A stretch of 50,131 nucleotides of DNA, the filler included, from Sphacelaria rigidula (lineage: Eukaryota), in NCBI GenBank assembly GCA_964200075.2. It is 3 parts of 3 records of this genome, joined end to end, with 100 filler letters (N's around TTAATTAATTAA, not from the genome) between each part and the next. Parts side by side here need not be neighbours in the genome. Positions count along the whole stretch, not along the records: positions 1 to 16,646 come from CAXNAA020001291.1; positions 16,747 to 33,389 come from CAXNAA020001292.1; 1 more part is not named here. One strand, 5' to 3'. Below, one piece after another: positions 12,903 to 23,496 of the stretch; position 1 is the stretch's first letter; each line of letters opens with the position of its first letter. The notes under the pieces are model-generated. The model was not told the origin of the DNA. It was given only the letters and a program-made list of their open reading frames with translations, and searched no databases. The position numbers and the translations under genes were made by a program.

Positions 12903-13092
12903 GGGCCTGTCTTAGCACATGAGTTTTCAATTGAAAAAAGTGCGGTGGAAAACAAGAATCCTGATCTGATAGGTCATGATTTCAACCATCTTCAAAATAT
13001 ATTACGATGGTTAAAATTACGACCTATCAGATAAAAAAAAATGTTTTCCACCGCACTTTTTCGATGGAAAACCCATGTGCTAAGGCAGGGCC
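12903..13092. mobile_element. PIF/Harbinger (Tourist-like) palindromic MITE, 190 bp
   Basis: Near-complete hairpin (GGGCCTGTCTTAGCACATG...CATGTGCTAAGGCAGGGCC) flanked by a 3-bp direct repeat TCA at 12900-12902 and 13093-13095. Confidence 0.8.
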
Positions 13093-16000
13093 TCATGGCA
13101 AACAAACAATGCCGAAAAAAATGAGTCACTAATGTTTTGTTCATCTGTGACATTTTGCGTTCTGAAAGGGAGCTAGGGGGGTGTTGGCACCTTCGTATGT
13201 CTTCCTGTACCCGAAGAAAAACTACTGCAGGATACCTCGTTGTTTCTGTGGTGACGGCAGTTTTTTTTTTTAAACATGCGCTCTTGTGCCAGAGTGGTCA
13301 AGCCCGGGGGGGGAAACCGGGACACTGTCGCCTTTTCCCGGTGGCCGCAGATTTGTTTTCGACTGGACTAGCATTTTTTGTCCATGAACAGTCGACACCA
13401 GGTGGTAACTGTCATGAATTTAGAGACCTGACTGCCAATTTATTCTGGACTCGACTGTTGTTGTCCATCATTCTTGGAGAAAATTACAACCTCGGCCAAA
13501 AAACAAAGTGCAAGCGCACCGATTTTTTTATTTTTTATTTGGTATGTTGGACTTCTAATTACCGCTACTAATCCTCAACCCGAAAGTGCCGATCGCGCGA
13601 CGCGTAGAACTCGGTGACGGAGCAGAGGATTGGGCTGCGGTTTCTTGCGTGCGCTTCCCGCACCCCCAAGCTAGGTCAACTAGTTACACTTTTTCGTTTG
13701 AGCGTGATACCGAGCCGCAACAAACCCAAACGTACAAAAATAAGGTGTTTTGCGCTCTGGGGGGGGGGGGTTCTCGCCGCTGACGCGACGCCAGGAAAGT
13801 GTGAAACCCTATTCCCTAGATCTTGTGTGTATGCGGGGGTCTGTGAAGTGTCGTGGACTCGCTTGCTTCCTGTGTCGAGAACCGCGCGATCTCCGGTGCT
13901 ACAGCTGCCCCATAGTGAACCAAGTTTATGAGAGACGAAGCGTGCGTTCTGTTCGAGAGGTCGAGGTTTGGAACAGGACCCATACATGGGGATGATTCTG
14001 TAGTAAACTATGTTTTGCGCGCCTGAATACGTTCATGTGACGTGGTAGATTTGCCGAACATGAAAACAAGGCATTCCAAGGAGGCAATATCCGCCCAGCC
14101 ATCATTGAGAGCCTTTCTTAACGAGGGACATTATCCCCTTCTTCAAAATTCCCTTTTGGAAAGACAACCGCTGATTAGTCGCTACGATACTACCCCCCCC
14201 CAAGAAAAAAAAAAAAATCCACTCAACATGCACAGAAATCCCATTTTTTTGCAGCTACTTTCGATTTGTGTCACATTATGCACTCCCGCCCCTCCCCCCC
14301 GGCGTGGGAGGGGGGGGGGGTAGGTGGAGTAGGGAAAACCTCATGAGTCACCCATTCAAAAACAGTGGGACTCCTCGCGTATCCGACCGTTGGCTCCCAC
14401 CTGAAGATTGCTCTGAGCGCAATCGCACCAGTGTCAAACATCAACGCAAATAACAATGTTTTCGTGAGATTGATAGTAGAGGATACGATTGAGAGTGAAA
14501 AGCGGTCAATTGGTGAATGAACCGTTTCAGTTCCGAAATGCCCCTCCGCGAGGTCCGATATGCTTTCTGTAGTAGCTTGCCACTGAGGCCCTTGATATCC
14601 CTGAGTAGGATATCGACGTGTATCTGTAAGCACACGCTAGTGATCGAGGTAAAGAAAAGCACACGCGGAATGAAAAAATGGCCAAGTTAGATCGAATGAC
14701 CAAAGCCACTCTCAATCAGTGCTCTACTTTCAATCTCACGAAAACGTTGTTACATCTCCCCACTAGCCTGCGTGTGTACCCACTTTGTGGTGTATACACG
14801 CTGCTAGCCAACGTCCTACCCACAAGAACGTCACCGGCGTGTACCAGATGAAGAAAAAAATACACGCATCCCGCAATTTACCCCAGTGAAACACCCGGCG
14901 ACAGCGTGTGCCGGCAAACGAAGGGGGTACCATGGTTCTGTCGACCCGCGGCCTGCTCCGCTCCACTACGCGTATAGCGCTGGAACCGCGCCCGCGACTA
15001 AAAATCGGATGAATTATCTCACGATCGCGTACCCACGATCCCCCCCCCGTGTCCCCTTAAACAGAAGAAAGGAAAATGAACATTCCACCGCAGGGGCGCA
15101 GGTCTTACATATCGCACTTCGGCTGGACCCTGCCATCGAACACTCCCCTCTGCGCCACTTGCTCCGTCGAAAGCATCGGGCGGGTGGTCAGAGAGGATGT
15201 TCGAAAACGAATCATTCACAACCCTGCCGCGGGAAAATCCAGCCCTCGGTAGAACCTCTGTGAGGAAAAACCCGATTCCCAGGGGAAGAAAACTCTATAG
15301 TGGCGCCATGTGCCGCACATAACCCAGTCCTCACGATGTACAGGGGGTAGTGCAAGGGCAAATGAAAACCGTCAGAAAAAACACTCGGGACTGACGAGCT
15401 ACGGCAGCGACTCGAGATGCTGTTACTCGCGGATAGTCGCGACGCCCGTATCCCGTAACTCACACACCTCGAGCCTACTCAACACCTCACTACTGTCGCT
15501 TAGTCGTGCTTTTGAACTTGCCCTTGTACCTTGGCTGCCTCCTACACACAGAGACTCTTAACGGACTCACGCGCACAGTCACAGCAAATCTGTTCCGAAA
15601 GGGCTTCAAGATACTTCAACCGAAATCCAGATCTGGGACATTTCTAATTCTATCCGCTTCTGCACCAAAGCTCGATTCTTTTCATACACAGAATCGATTT
15701 TTTTTCTAGGGAATCTCAGGAAGTGCAAAAACACTTCCTGATATCCCATTTTGAAAAGGGGATTTCTGTGCACCTCGAAGGGGAACATAAATGTCCGGTT
15801 GACAGGAGCGCATGCAAAAGGCTTACCAAACCACCCAACACAATCAGAGCTGAACCTGAGGAACTTGGTGACCCCGCAAACCAAAAACACGCAGCTCGAG
15901 CCGTAGCTGCTCATTAGCTGTGCCCGTTGTGCGTGACGTTGGTCAAATCTGTTCAGAATTCATTGATGATTTGTGTGAGACGCGCTCAAAGCAGAATTTA

Positions 16001-16571
16001 CAAAACGGTCAGCAACGACACGTTTTCGGTTGTTTTTGACACGCACACGGCCGTCATTCGTTCAATACAGAACGGATTTCTGTCAAACAAAAACTGCCGT
16101 GTGTGGATTAGCAACGGCTAGCGATGAAACTCATGCGCGTGAGTGGTGGGTGTCTGTGCGTGTTTTTTCGGGGCTGGGTGTATAGTTGTTGTGTTGCCTT
16201 GCTGCGTCTTGTCTGCATGTAGCGTCACAGAGTCCTTGGACTAACGACCACTTTCAGACCCGCCGCATTTCTGAACCTGCGTACAGATCTGGGGTTTAAT
16301 CTGTGCAAAACTGCTTCTCGATACGACTCAGGACTCGTCGTTATGGGGCCAATTCCTTATCACAAGTGGATTGTGGTTAGAACCCTCCCGGAATTTTATT
16401 ACTTGATTTAAGTGTAAACACCGATATTCGGATCTTTAGTAGGGCTGACAGCCCCCACTGCCGCTTGCGTGCCCAGAACGCGTTCTCGTCAAAATCGGCG
16501 CAGTTTCGAGGTCTGCCATCGCCACACTTCGCCTAGGGAGCGCTTCGCACCCCCCCCCCCTCGCCCGAGTT

Positions 16572-16646
16572 CTCTTCGCGCTTGGTGATTGAGTGCGAGC
16601 CTGGTCCGGCGGAAACCCGGTGTGCTCCGTCCCGGCTTTGTAGGGA
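16572..16646 (+). mobile_element. Fragment of the retro-repeat family also seen at 18381-18520; cut by the contig end
   Basis: cttcgcgcttggtgat..gtgcgagc...cgtcc..ctttgt.ggga matches the reverse complement of ~18437-18511. Confidence 0.6.
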
Positions 16647-16746
16647 NNNNNNNNNNNNNNNNNNNNNNNNNNNNNNNNNNNNNNNNNNNNTTAATTAATT
16701 AANNNNNNNNNNNNNNNNNNNNNNNNNNNNNNNNNNNNNNNNNNNN
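16647..16746. other. Artificial 100-bp contig linker (N44-TTAATTAATTAA-N44)
   Basis: A six-frame stop cassette embedded in Ns; an identical copy is at 33390-33489. Confidence 0.97.
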
Positions 16747-16859
16747 CCCTTTTGAGCCACCAAGCCGAAGAAATCGTGAATTTGGTGATTTTGAGTCGTG
16801 ATGATTTGTCCTAACCGTTCAATTTTTTTAAGGAGCCATAAATATATATATATGGGGCC

Positions 16860-17240
16860 TACTGTGCAATCCAAATATCCCGAGACCGGACGTGAAGATG
16901 TACGCAGGGGCCTTTTCGTGAATCAGCATCATTCGCAGCCTTTTTTCAAAAGTGATCCGTCCAACACCCCGAGAAACATTTTCGCAAAAAAAGTAAACAC
17001 CTGCCATAACATGACCGGGTCATACAGGAGCTTGTTCTTTTTTATTTGTTTTTAGTACCCCACCTTCCTGCTGCGATGCTTGCCTTTATTTTTGATCGCT
17101 TACTGTGCAATCCAAATATCCGGGGACCGGACATGAAGATGTACGCAGGAGGCTTTTAGTGAATCAGCACCATTCTCAGTCTTTTTCAAGATAAAATTAT
17201 GCCGATTCTCAACGTGAACCGTCCAACACCCCGAGAAACA
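16860..17240. repeat. Direct repeat pair ~241 bp apart (TACTGTGCAATCCAAATATCC...GTCCAACACCCCGAGAAACA)
   Basis: 16860-16980 vs 17101-17240, aligned by eye. Confidence 0.8.
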
Positions 17241-18037
17241 AAACACAGACATTACTGCTGAACATAAACTCTTGCTTACCATGGCAAATAATGAAGACTG
17301 GAAGCTAGACACAGCAGAAGGTCGTGGGAGTTGACCGAAACGGAAAGCGGGTACTACCGTCTATTACGCGCAAACTTTCAAACACAGACAGGTTGGATCG
17401 TTCACACACAAATAGGATTTCTCCCGTATATTCGTATATGCATGTTCCCGTTTTTCAGAATCAAATTCCGTCTCTCAGAATTGAATTGTCAAATCCACCA
17501 TCAGGGTTCCGCGTATTGCCCATCATGGGCAAACTTTCAGGCACTGATAGGTTGGATCGAAAGTCGAATCTCGCCCTCGTCGATGGTGAACGGTGATGGG
17601 AAAACATTGCTCTGTCTTATCAAGCTTTCGAAAATGGAAAATGTCGCAGGGTGAAGTAGAGCTAAAGGGTTTTGTGAAGTGTACTGTTTTAGGAGTAGGT
17701 ATAATTGACCCGCTTGCACGGGAGCGTTCACACGTAATCTTAGTTAGACATATATAGAGAGAGATAGATCCCGACCTGCAACCCCCGACTCTTCAGCTCC
17801 GTCAACATTCGGTCAGAAAAAAACAGCTTTGTCCCTTTCAGGCTCCCTGCCTGTTCGATCGTGTTCCTTCTTTTCTTTCTTTTCTTTCCCGCTTCGGCGG
17901 TGGGTCATCCGAGTTCCTACACTCACTCGATATTTTCATGAAAAGCAATTATCCCAGTTGTGAAAAAAATAAAAGAATAAAAAATAAAACTTGGGTGTTG
18001 AAGCTTATTCTACTCGAGCAATGAAGCTCAGGCGCAC

Positions 18038-18131
18038 CTTTCGGAAGTCCTTCACGGCCACCTTATATTTGCCCAGCGCCATGTTGGCGGATCCCCTCCG
18101 GTAGTACGCCTTCACATATCCATTATTTAAC
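18038..18131 (-). CDS. PP5: Serine/threonine protein phosphatase 5, TPR-domain exon (LNNGYVKAYYRRGSANMALGKYKVAVKDFRK)
   Basis: Acceptor cag|G and donor AAG|gtgcgc. The peptide closely resembles PP5 TPR3 (YIKGYYRRAASNMALGKF). It completes the phase-2 codon AG|G of the 30281-30425 exon. Confidence 0.85.
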
Positions 18132-18291
18132 CTGGACAGGGCGAGCATGAGGCAAACTTCAATTATCAGTCAACTACTACCGCCAAGCCCTAGTTGTCCA
18201 ATGGCGACATGTCCAACGGTACAAATGACGACAAGAGGTCGCAAGAGTTCAGGTTTGATTCTCGGTAGATTCTCGGCAGATGGACTTTGGA

Positions 18292-18520
18292 GGGGGGGGG
18301 GGGGGGGGGGACTCATTTGTTGCTTGCCTTAGTCATTTGATCATTGACCAAGCATACCGTTCGAGACCGAGCACCGTTCGGAGAGGAGGGGTACTCATGG
18401 TCATGCACGCCATAGCCATGAGACCATTGACCTCGCATCCCGACAAAGACAGGACGAAGCACGCCGGATATTCGCCGTACCCAGCTCGCAATCGATCACC
18501 AAGCGCGAAGCGCCGTGGTG
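18292..18520 (-). mobile_element. Two stacked retroelement 3' ends, each terminating in ATGAGT(A) plus a C-run
   Basis: The reverse complement of 18292-18379 matches the LINE 3' end at 2320-2399. It directly follows a related end (GTCAATGGTCTCATGGCTATGGCGTGCATGACCATGAGTACCCCTCCTCTCC). Confidence 0.75.
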
Positions 18521-20232
18521 TGTTCGGTGTGTGGCATAAAGGATAAGATTCATCCTGCGGAGATTGCTGGGCCCGGAGCGTGCTGATTACCTTGCATTTG
18601 GATGACAGCCTACAACGAGCTCCTTCATCTTTTGGCATCGCTACTTTTAGAGACAGTTACGGGTTACGCACTGCCTCATGGGTGTCTCACAATTCAAACA
18701 TCACGTAGGGCGAGGAGATTCTAATCGTTGTTGTTGTTGTTGTTGCTGTGGTCTTGAAATTAAAAACCGTTCCGATATCTGCGCAGTACTCTGTTTCAGG
18801 TTTTTTTTTTTTTGGGTAAGTCCATCATGAGACCACGACTGGACCCCTTGCGGGTCAATCAAAGTGCGACAATCAATAAATCACTCAATCAAGCTCTGTA
18901 CGAGTACTGAGCATCTGATACGGATGCCTTCTGCAATCACAGGCCAACTACCCAAAATAGGGTATAGGAGAATTCAAAATAAACAAAACCGGACCCAGAA
19001 AACTTCACACAGACGCTTATTTCCGCCGTTGAAACGGAAGGACATCAGAACGTGAGAAGCGACACTAATCTATTTGACGAGGTTAGACGAGGCGCGGGAG
19101 TGTTTGATCATGACCCAATTCACGATACCAAAATGTGAAGAAGGCGTGTGTACCGGTGGAGAGAGAGGAGGGTTCATCTCTCGAGACTGCGGGGGTTCAT
19201 CTTGAGAAAGGGAAGGGGTCAAAAATTGTAAATTTGACGGAGGAAAATAAAAAACTTGCAAAAAACAGAACATAAAATGCCAGCTGATCCAACCCGTACA
19301 CCAAGGACCAGCCGGGATGGAAGGTCTGGGGTCCTCACTTACTGAATGATTCGCTTCATTTGATCGATTATTCCCCTCTCACTGATCCCCTAGAAGTCAT
19401 GATCCAGCCGTGGTCGTTATCCACATGATGGACGTACCCTAAATAAAACAAAATGGGAACACTCACTGAAGACAATTTGAAGGAAACAGAAAAGGTAGAG
19501 CAGACAAACAGAGTAGACTATAGACACACACATATATAAACCGGCTTCCGCGACGAGCAGAATGGGGGCTTCTGTAATTGTAAGCTCAAGGAGGTGAGTA
19601 GCAAAGAAGACCCGACGAGAGTGGACGGGGTGCAGAAATGCTGGTTCAATCCGCGGTACAAAAAGTCGGGCAGGTTTCGGGGGGAGAGACGGGATGAGCC
19701 CTTGAGACTACGTGCTCGTCCCGAGAAAAGAGAAGGCCTAACTGTACTATATCTTGTGCCCCCATCAATATTTTTGCGATCCGCTGATCTTTTGCACACC
19801 CTGCACGTTAGTTTCTTTTGTAAAAAAATGTACTGCGTACAGTATGGAATCCATTGTCTGTTGCAATACGCGCAATAGTCGATACTGTATGCAGTACACT
19901 CTTTGACTGTATTCTATTGTCCAGGGCATGATATTTTGCTCTCTTGAAAAATATGTTCATCGAGGGGTATGCGGGGCGGCGGAGGCGGGTATAGTGGTGG
20001 TCGAAGTCACTCTGGACACTCTACTTAAAAACTGTTCGAACGGTGAGCATCAAATGACATATTTTAGTGAGGATACCTGCGTGACGCTGTCCCACGAAAA
20101 CCCAATGCACACAGTGAGCGCGTACAACATAAGCTTTAGGGCGGTTCGGAGCAGTTGTTCTAATAAAATACACAATGCCTACACAGTAACAGGGGGGCTT
20201 TGAACCTGCTGGACCGTTGCAACTGACATAAA

Positions 20233-21010
20233 TGTTCCGGATTTATTGCTTATTTTCCAGTTCAAAAGACTCCATGTGTCATACTGTTGCTATGCTTAGT
20301 CCGACAGGTTATGTGCCATTATTGAGTCTGCGTCGTTTCTGGTGAAGAGCGGACTCCCGGGCTACCACATTCTTTTAGGGTGACATCTCAAACTACTTTA
20401 GCAGCTACTAGCTTCTTTTTTCTTCTCCTCAAACTTCGAACTCCTCCCCTTCTCCTCGGGATGAGTCCGTGGTCTCAAGGGATCAACCGATCTCTCCCCC
20501 GATACGCGCCTTTCATTTTGGTCTCGAGGATTGCGTCAGCACTCCCGCACCGCGTCGCCTCACGTCACACAAACCTAGTCGACTACTTTCTTTACTCCCG
20601 TTCTCACGCTTTCCGCGGTGGAAATCATACATTACGAAGAAAAAACCCAACGCATCGGAAATTGAACCCCCGTTTTCTCCACCCTAACGGCGACAGACGG
20701 GCCATAACACCACTGGGGCGCGGCGCCTGTTCGCCCATAATACAAGAAGCATCTACGCCATCTATGGACTGCGATATCAGACGTGTCTCTGGCCTTCTGA
20801 TGTAGGCCTGATTTCCCTGCAACGGATGTTGTTCTAACATCCTTGCTGGCCAGGTGCATGCCACCCGACTGTATGAACATCGGTTGACTCCCTGATATCT
20901 AAGTCGACCTCAAAACGAATCGATACCCTTGAATACGGTTGACCACGACTGCGCGGGTGCCCATGAACTGGCACCCTTCACCCCTAGACGGTGACCATCG
21001 ATTCGTGACA
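20233..21010 (+). repeat. 5' LTR (~464 bp plus a 314-bp SINE insertion)
   Basis: Aligns to 27905-28360 at roughly 85% identity (eye estimate from the first ~180 bp); TG...CA termini. Confidence 0.85.
20413..20726 (-). mobile_element. tRNA-derived SINE (family B) inserted in the 5' LTR
   Basis: Absent from the 3' LTR. The minus-strand head has A-box-like TGGTGTTATGG and B-box-like GGTTCAATTTCC. The 3' end GATCCCTTGAGACCACGGACTCATCCCGAGG with an A/G-rich tail is shared with 33850-33943 and 39362-39460. Confidence 0.75.
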
Positions 21011-23496
21011 TGGTGCCCAATCTGTAGTGCTTGTGTGCTTGTGTAGAATCAACTCCCGCATGCTCCCAACATAAAAAAATTGAAGGGAAGGTTTTTGGCG
21101 TGCAATTTTGATTCTGTTACACGTTACTTCATTTCATTCAAGAGTTAACAGCGTGCTCGTTCGCAACAAAGTGTCACGCAATCCGCAGCAGCAACGGCTT
21201 TATGCCCGGGAGATTCACCAACACTTGCTCTCGCTACAACGGAGTGTCGCGCTCTACGATACGGCGGAGATAACCGGGCCTTCGAATCACAATTGACCTA
21301 GCCGATATGAATTGCATGAAAGGCATTTGCGGTCGCTAGCATGAACGAGCTCATCCGAACGCGCTACAATTTTTCATTTCGACGGATCCGTTATCTTCTT
21401 TCGGGTGCCACACTTCGGGGCTTTTCTGGACAGCTGCTTCACGCAGCCGCTGTGCTGCCCTTTTGCTGCCGCGCCACCGCCATTTTGCTGGTGTCCTGTT
21501 GCCCTCTGTTGTTGTTGCTCCTGTTATTGTCGGTGACCGGTTGGATCTGGAACGACTAGTGGAGCGGTATCTCACACAGAACAGAGTGCGGCGAGGGAAT
21601 GCGGAGCGAGAGTGCGAGGGGCGACGGGACCTACGGGAGTCCTGCGATGTAAAGCAGCGGCGACGAAAACGAGAGCGGGAGCGGGAGTCACGGGAATCGG
21701 AACATCTTCGACGTGCCAAGGAGAATCTGGAATCGGAGCGACGTCTATCGTCACGCCTCCCTCGTCCCTCACGGCCTTCAGCGCCCCTGCCGAACATTTT
21801 TCGGTGCTTCGGATGTGCTGTACTCACCAACTAGTACAGCATGAAACATCGGCGGTGGACACGTGTCTTTCACCAATCCCTATGGTCACAATAAGATGTA
21901 ACCCAGGGAAACGAAATGCGGCGTAGGCGCATTGCGGACACCTCCGCGACACCATCATACAGAGGAACCGCATCAGGCAAGCTTACGATAGCAAACAGTG
22001 CTGTACCCCTCCAGGAAAGATCTGTAGCACACTACGACACGCAGAACGTGGAGCGCTAAGGCTCCCCGAGGACGAATAGCAGGTTGGAGGAAACTGCTCG
22101 CCCCGCCGTGGTGGTTCAATCTCAGACTTGCTTGCGGGCGGTGGCACAACTGCCACAGCGCTACTGCCAGGCGTTCATGTTAAAGTGTACCGCATCTCAG
22201 GCGGGCCCGAACTCATCCGCCACGATCAGGTCACGGCTATCGACTGGTTGCGTCTCTTAAATCGTGCAACGAGACCTCAAAAGTGATTCCGCCGAAGATG
22301 CACGCGAAGTATTGAAGGAGATCACCCTGGAGAAAGGCGAATCTTGGTAATCTACGGCCGAGCGAATTTTGTTGGCTTATAAAAGCCACCCTAGCCAGCG
22401 CAAGCCGTCCGCGTGCCACTGAGACTGAATTTTTCTGGCATTTCATTACGACAGAACAGCTAGACAAATTGTACGAATGCGTCGTCCGAGCCGTCTTGCC
22501 CAATGAACTTCGCAGGGATCGCATGCGATCACTTTTTCACGAGAAGATGAGCGGAGCGGACACCAAGCTCGCCTACATGGCGGAGGAATTTCAAAACCCC
22601 GCGGGGGGGCCCATGCGCCGCCGCGGTGAAGTAGCTCAAGGCTTGTACGACGAGTTCATCAGAGTTCTTACCGCGCGTCCCTCAAAGCATTACAGAAAGC
22701 CAGTTCAGAAGAAAGCAAGTCGCACGGTAGGACCAGACCGCCTTCTTTCGCTACATGATATGAGGAAAATGTTCCCCGCACAATTCGCCGCGCTCCGCGG
22801 CGAAAATGACGGTTTGATGCCCTGTTACCGCAGCCCATGCGTCTTCTCCGAGGACCCTACCGCAAACGGAGTACGCGCAACCGCAATCGGGCGATACGTT
22901 CAGCAGCAGACACCGGCCCTTGCTGCAGCGTTCAATGACACACCAGGGACGATCCCGGGACAGCACGGTGTTCCGTTCGCGGAATAGAAACACCTGTCGG
23001 CCAGAGACATACAGAATCAAGGTGGGACAGCGGCCGCGAAAGGAGCGTCTTCTTCGTTTGCTGCCCCCACTCCGCCACCGAGTTTATCCCCGACTGTAAG
23101 CACCAGCGATCAGCAAGCCGCCCCTCCCCGACGGGGGACCGAGAAGAGGTCATCGACTACCTCCGCAGGAACAAGATCTGCTTTGGCCACGCTTTCACTG
23201 GTGCCTGCCGCCGCCACGATGGCACTCGCTGTCCATACGCACACTGTATCATCACACCGGCTTACTACAGGAACGTCAAGGCCCGCCGTAGGACCGCCAT
23301 TCCCCAGAAGCAACTCGCGGCCCTCCCGGAAGCCCAATACTTAGCCGCGATTGACATGGGACTGATCAAAGAGCGTAGCGATGGTGGAAAGGAGGAAGAA
23401 GACGACGAGCACGAAGAGTCGTCCTCCGTCAAAAACGGCGACAAATGAGGGGACGCCCCAGGTACTTTCAACCTGGGGAACCTGCAAGAGAAGGAG

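Noticed and set aside
16691-16702. TTAATTAATTAA as a biological palindrome or piggyBac site
   Set aside because: It is a synthetic six-frame stop linker within Ns.
20459-20485. GATGAGTCCGTG resembling a hammerhead ribozyme core
   Set aside because: It lacks the CTGANGA start and the closing GGAC-GAAA, and it lies antisense within a SINE 3' end.
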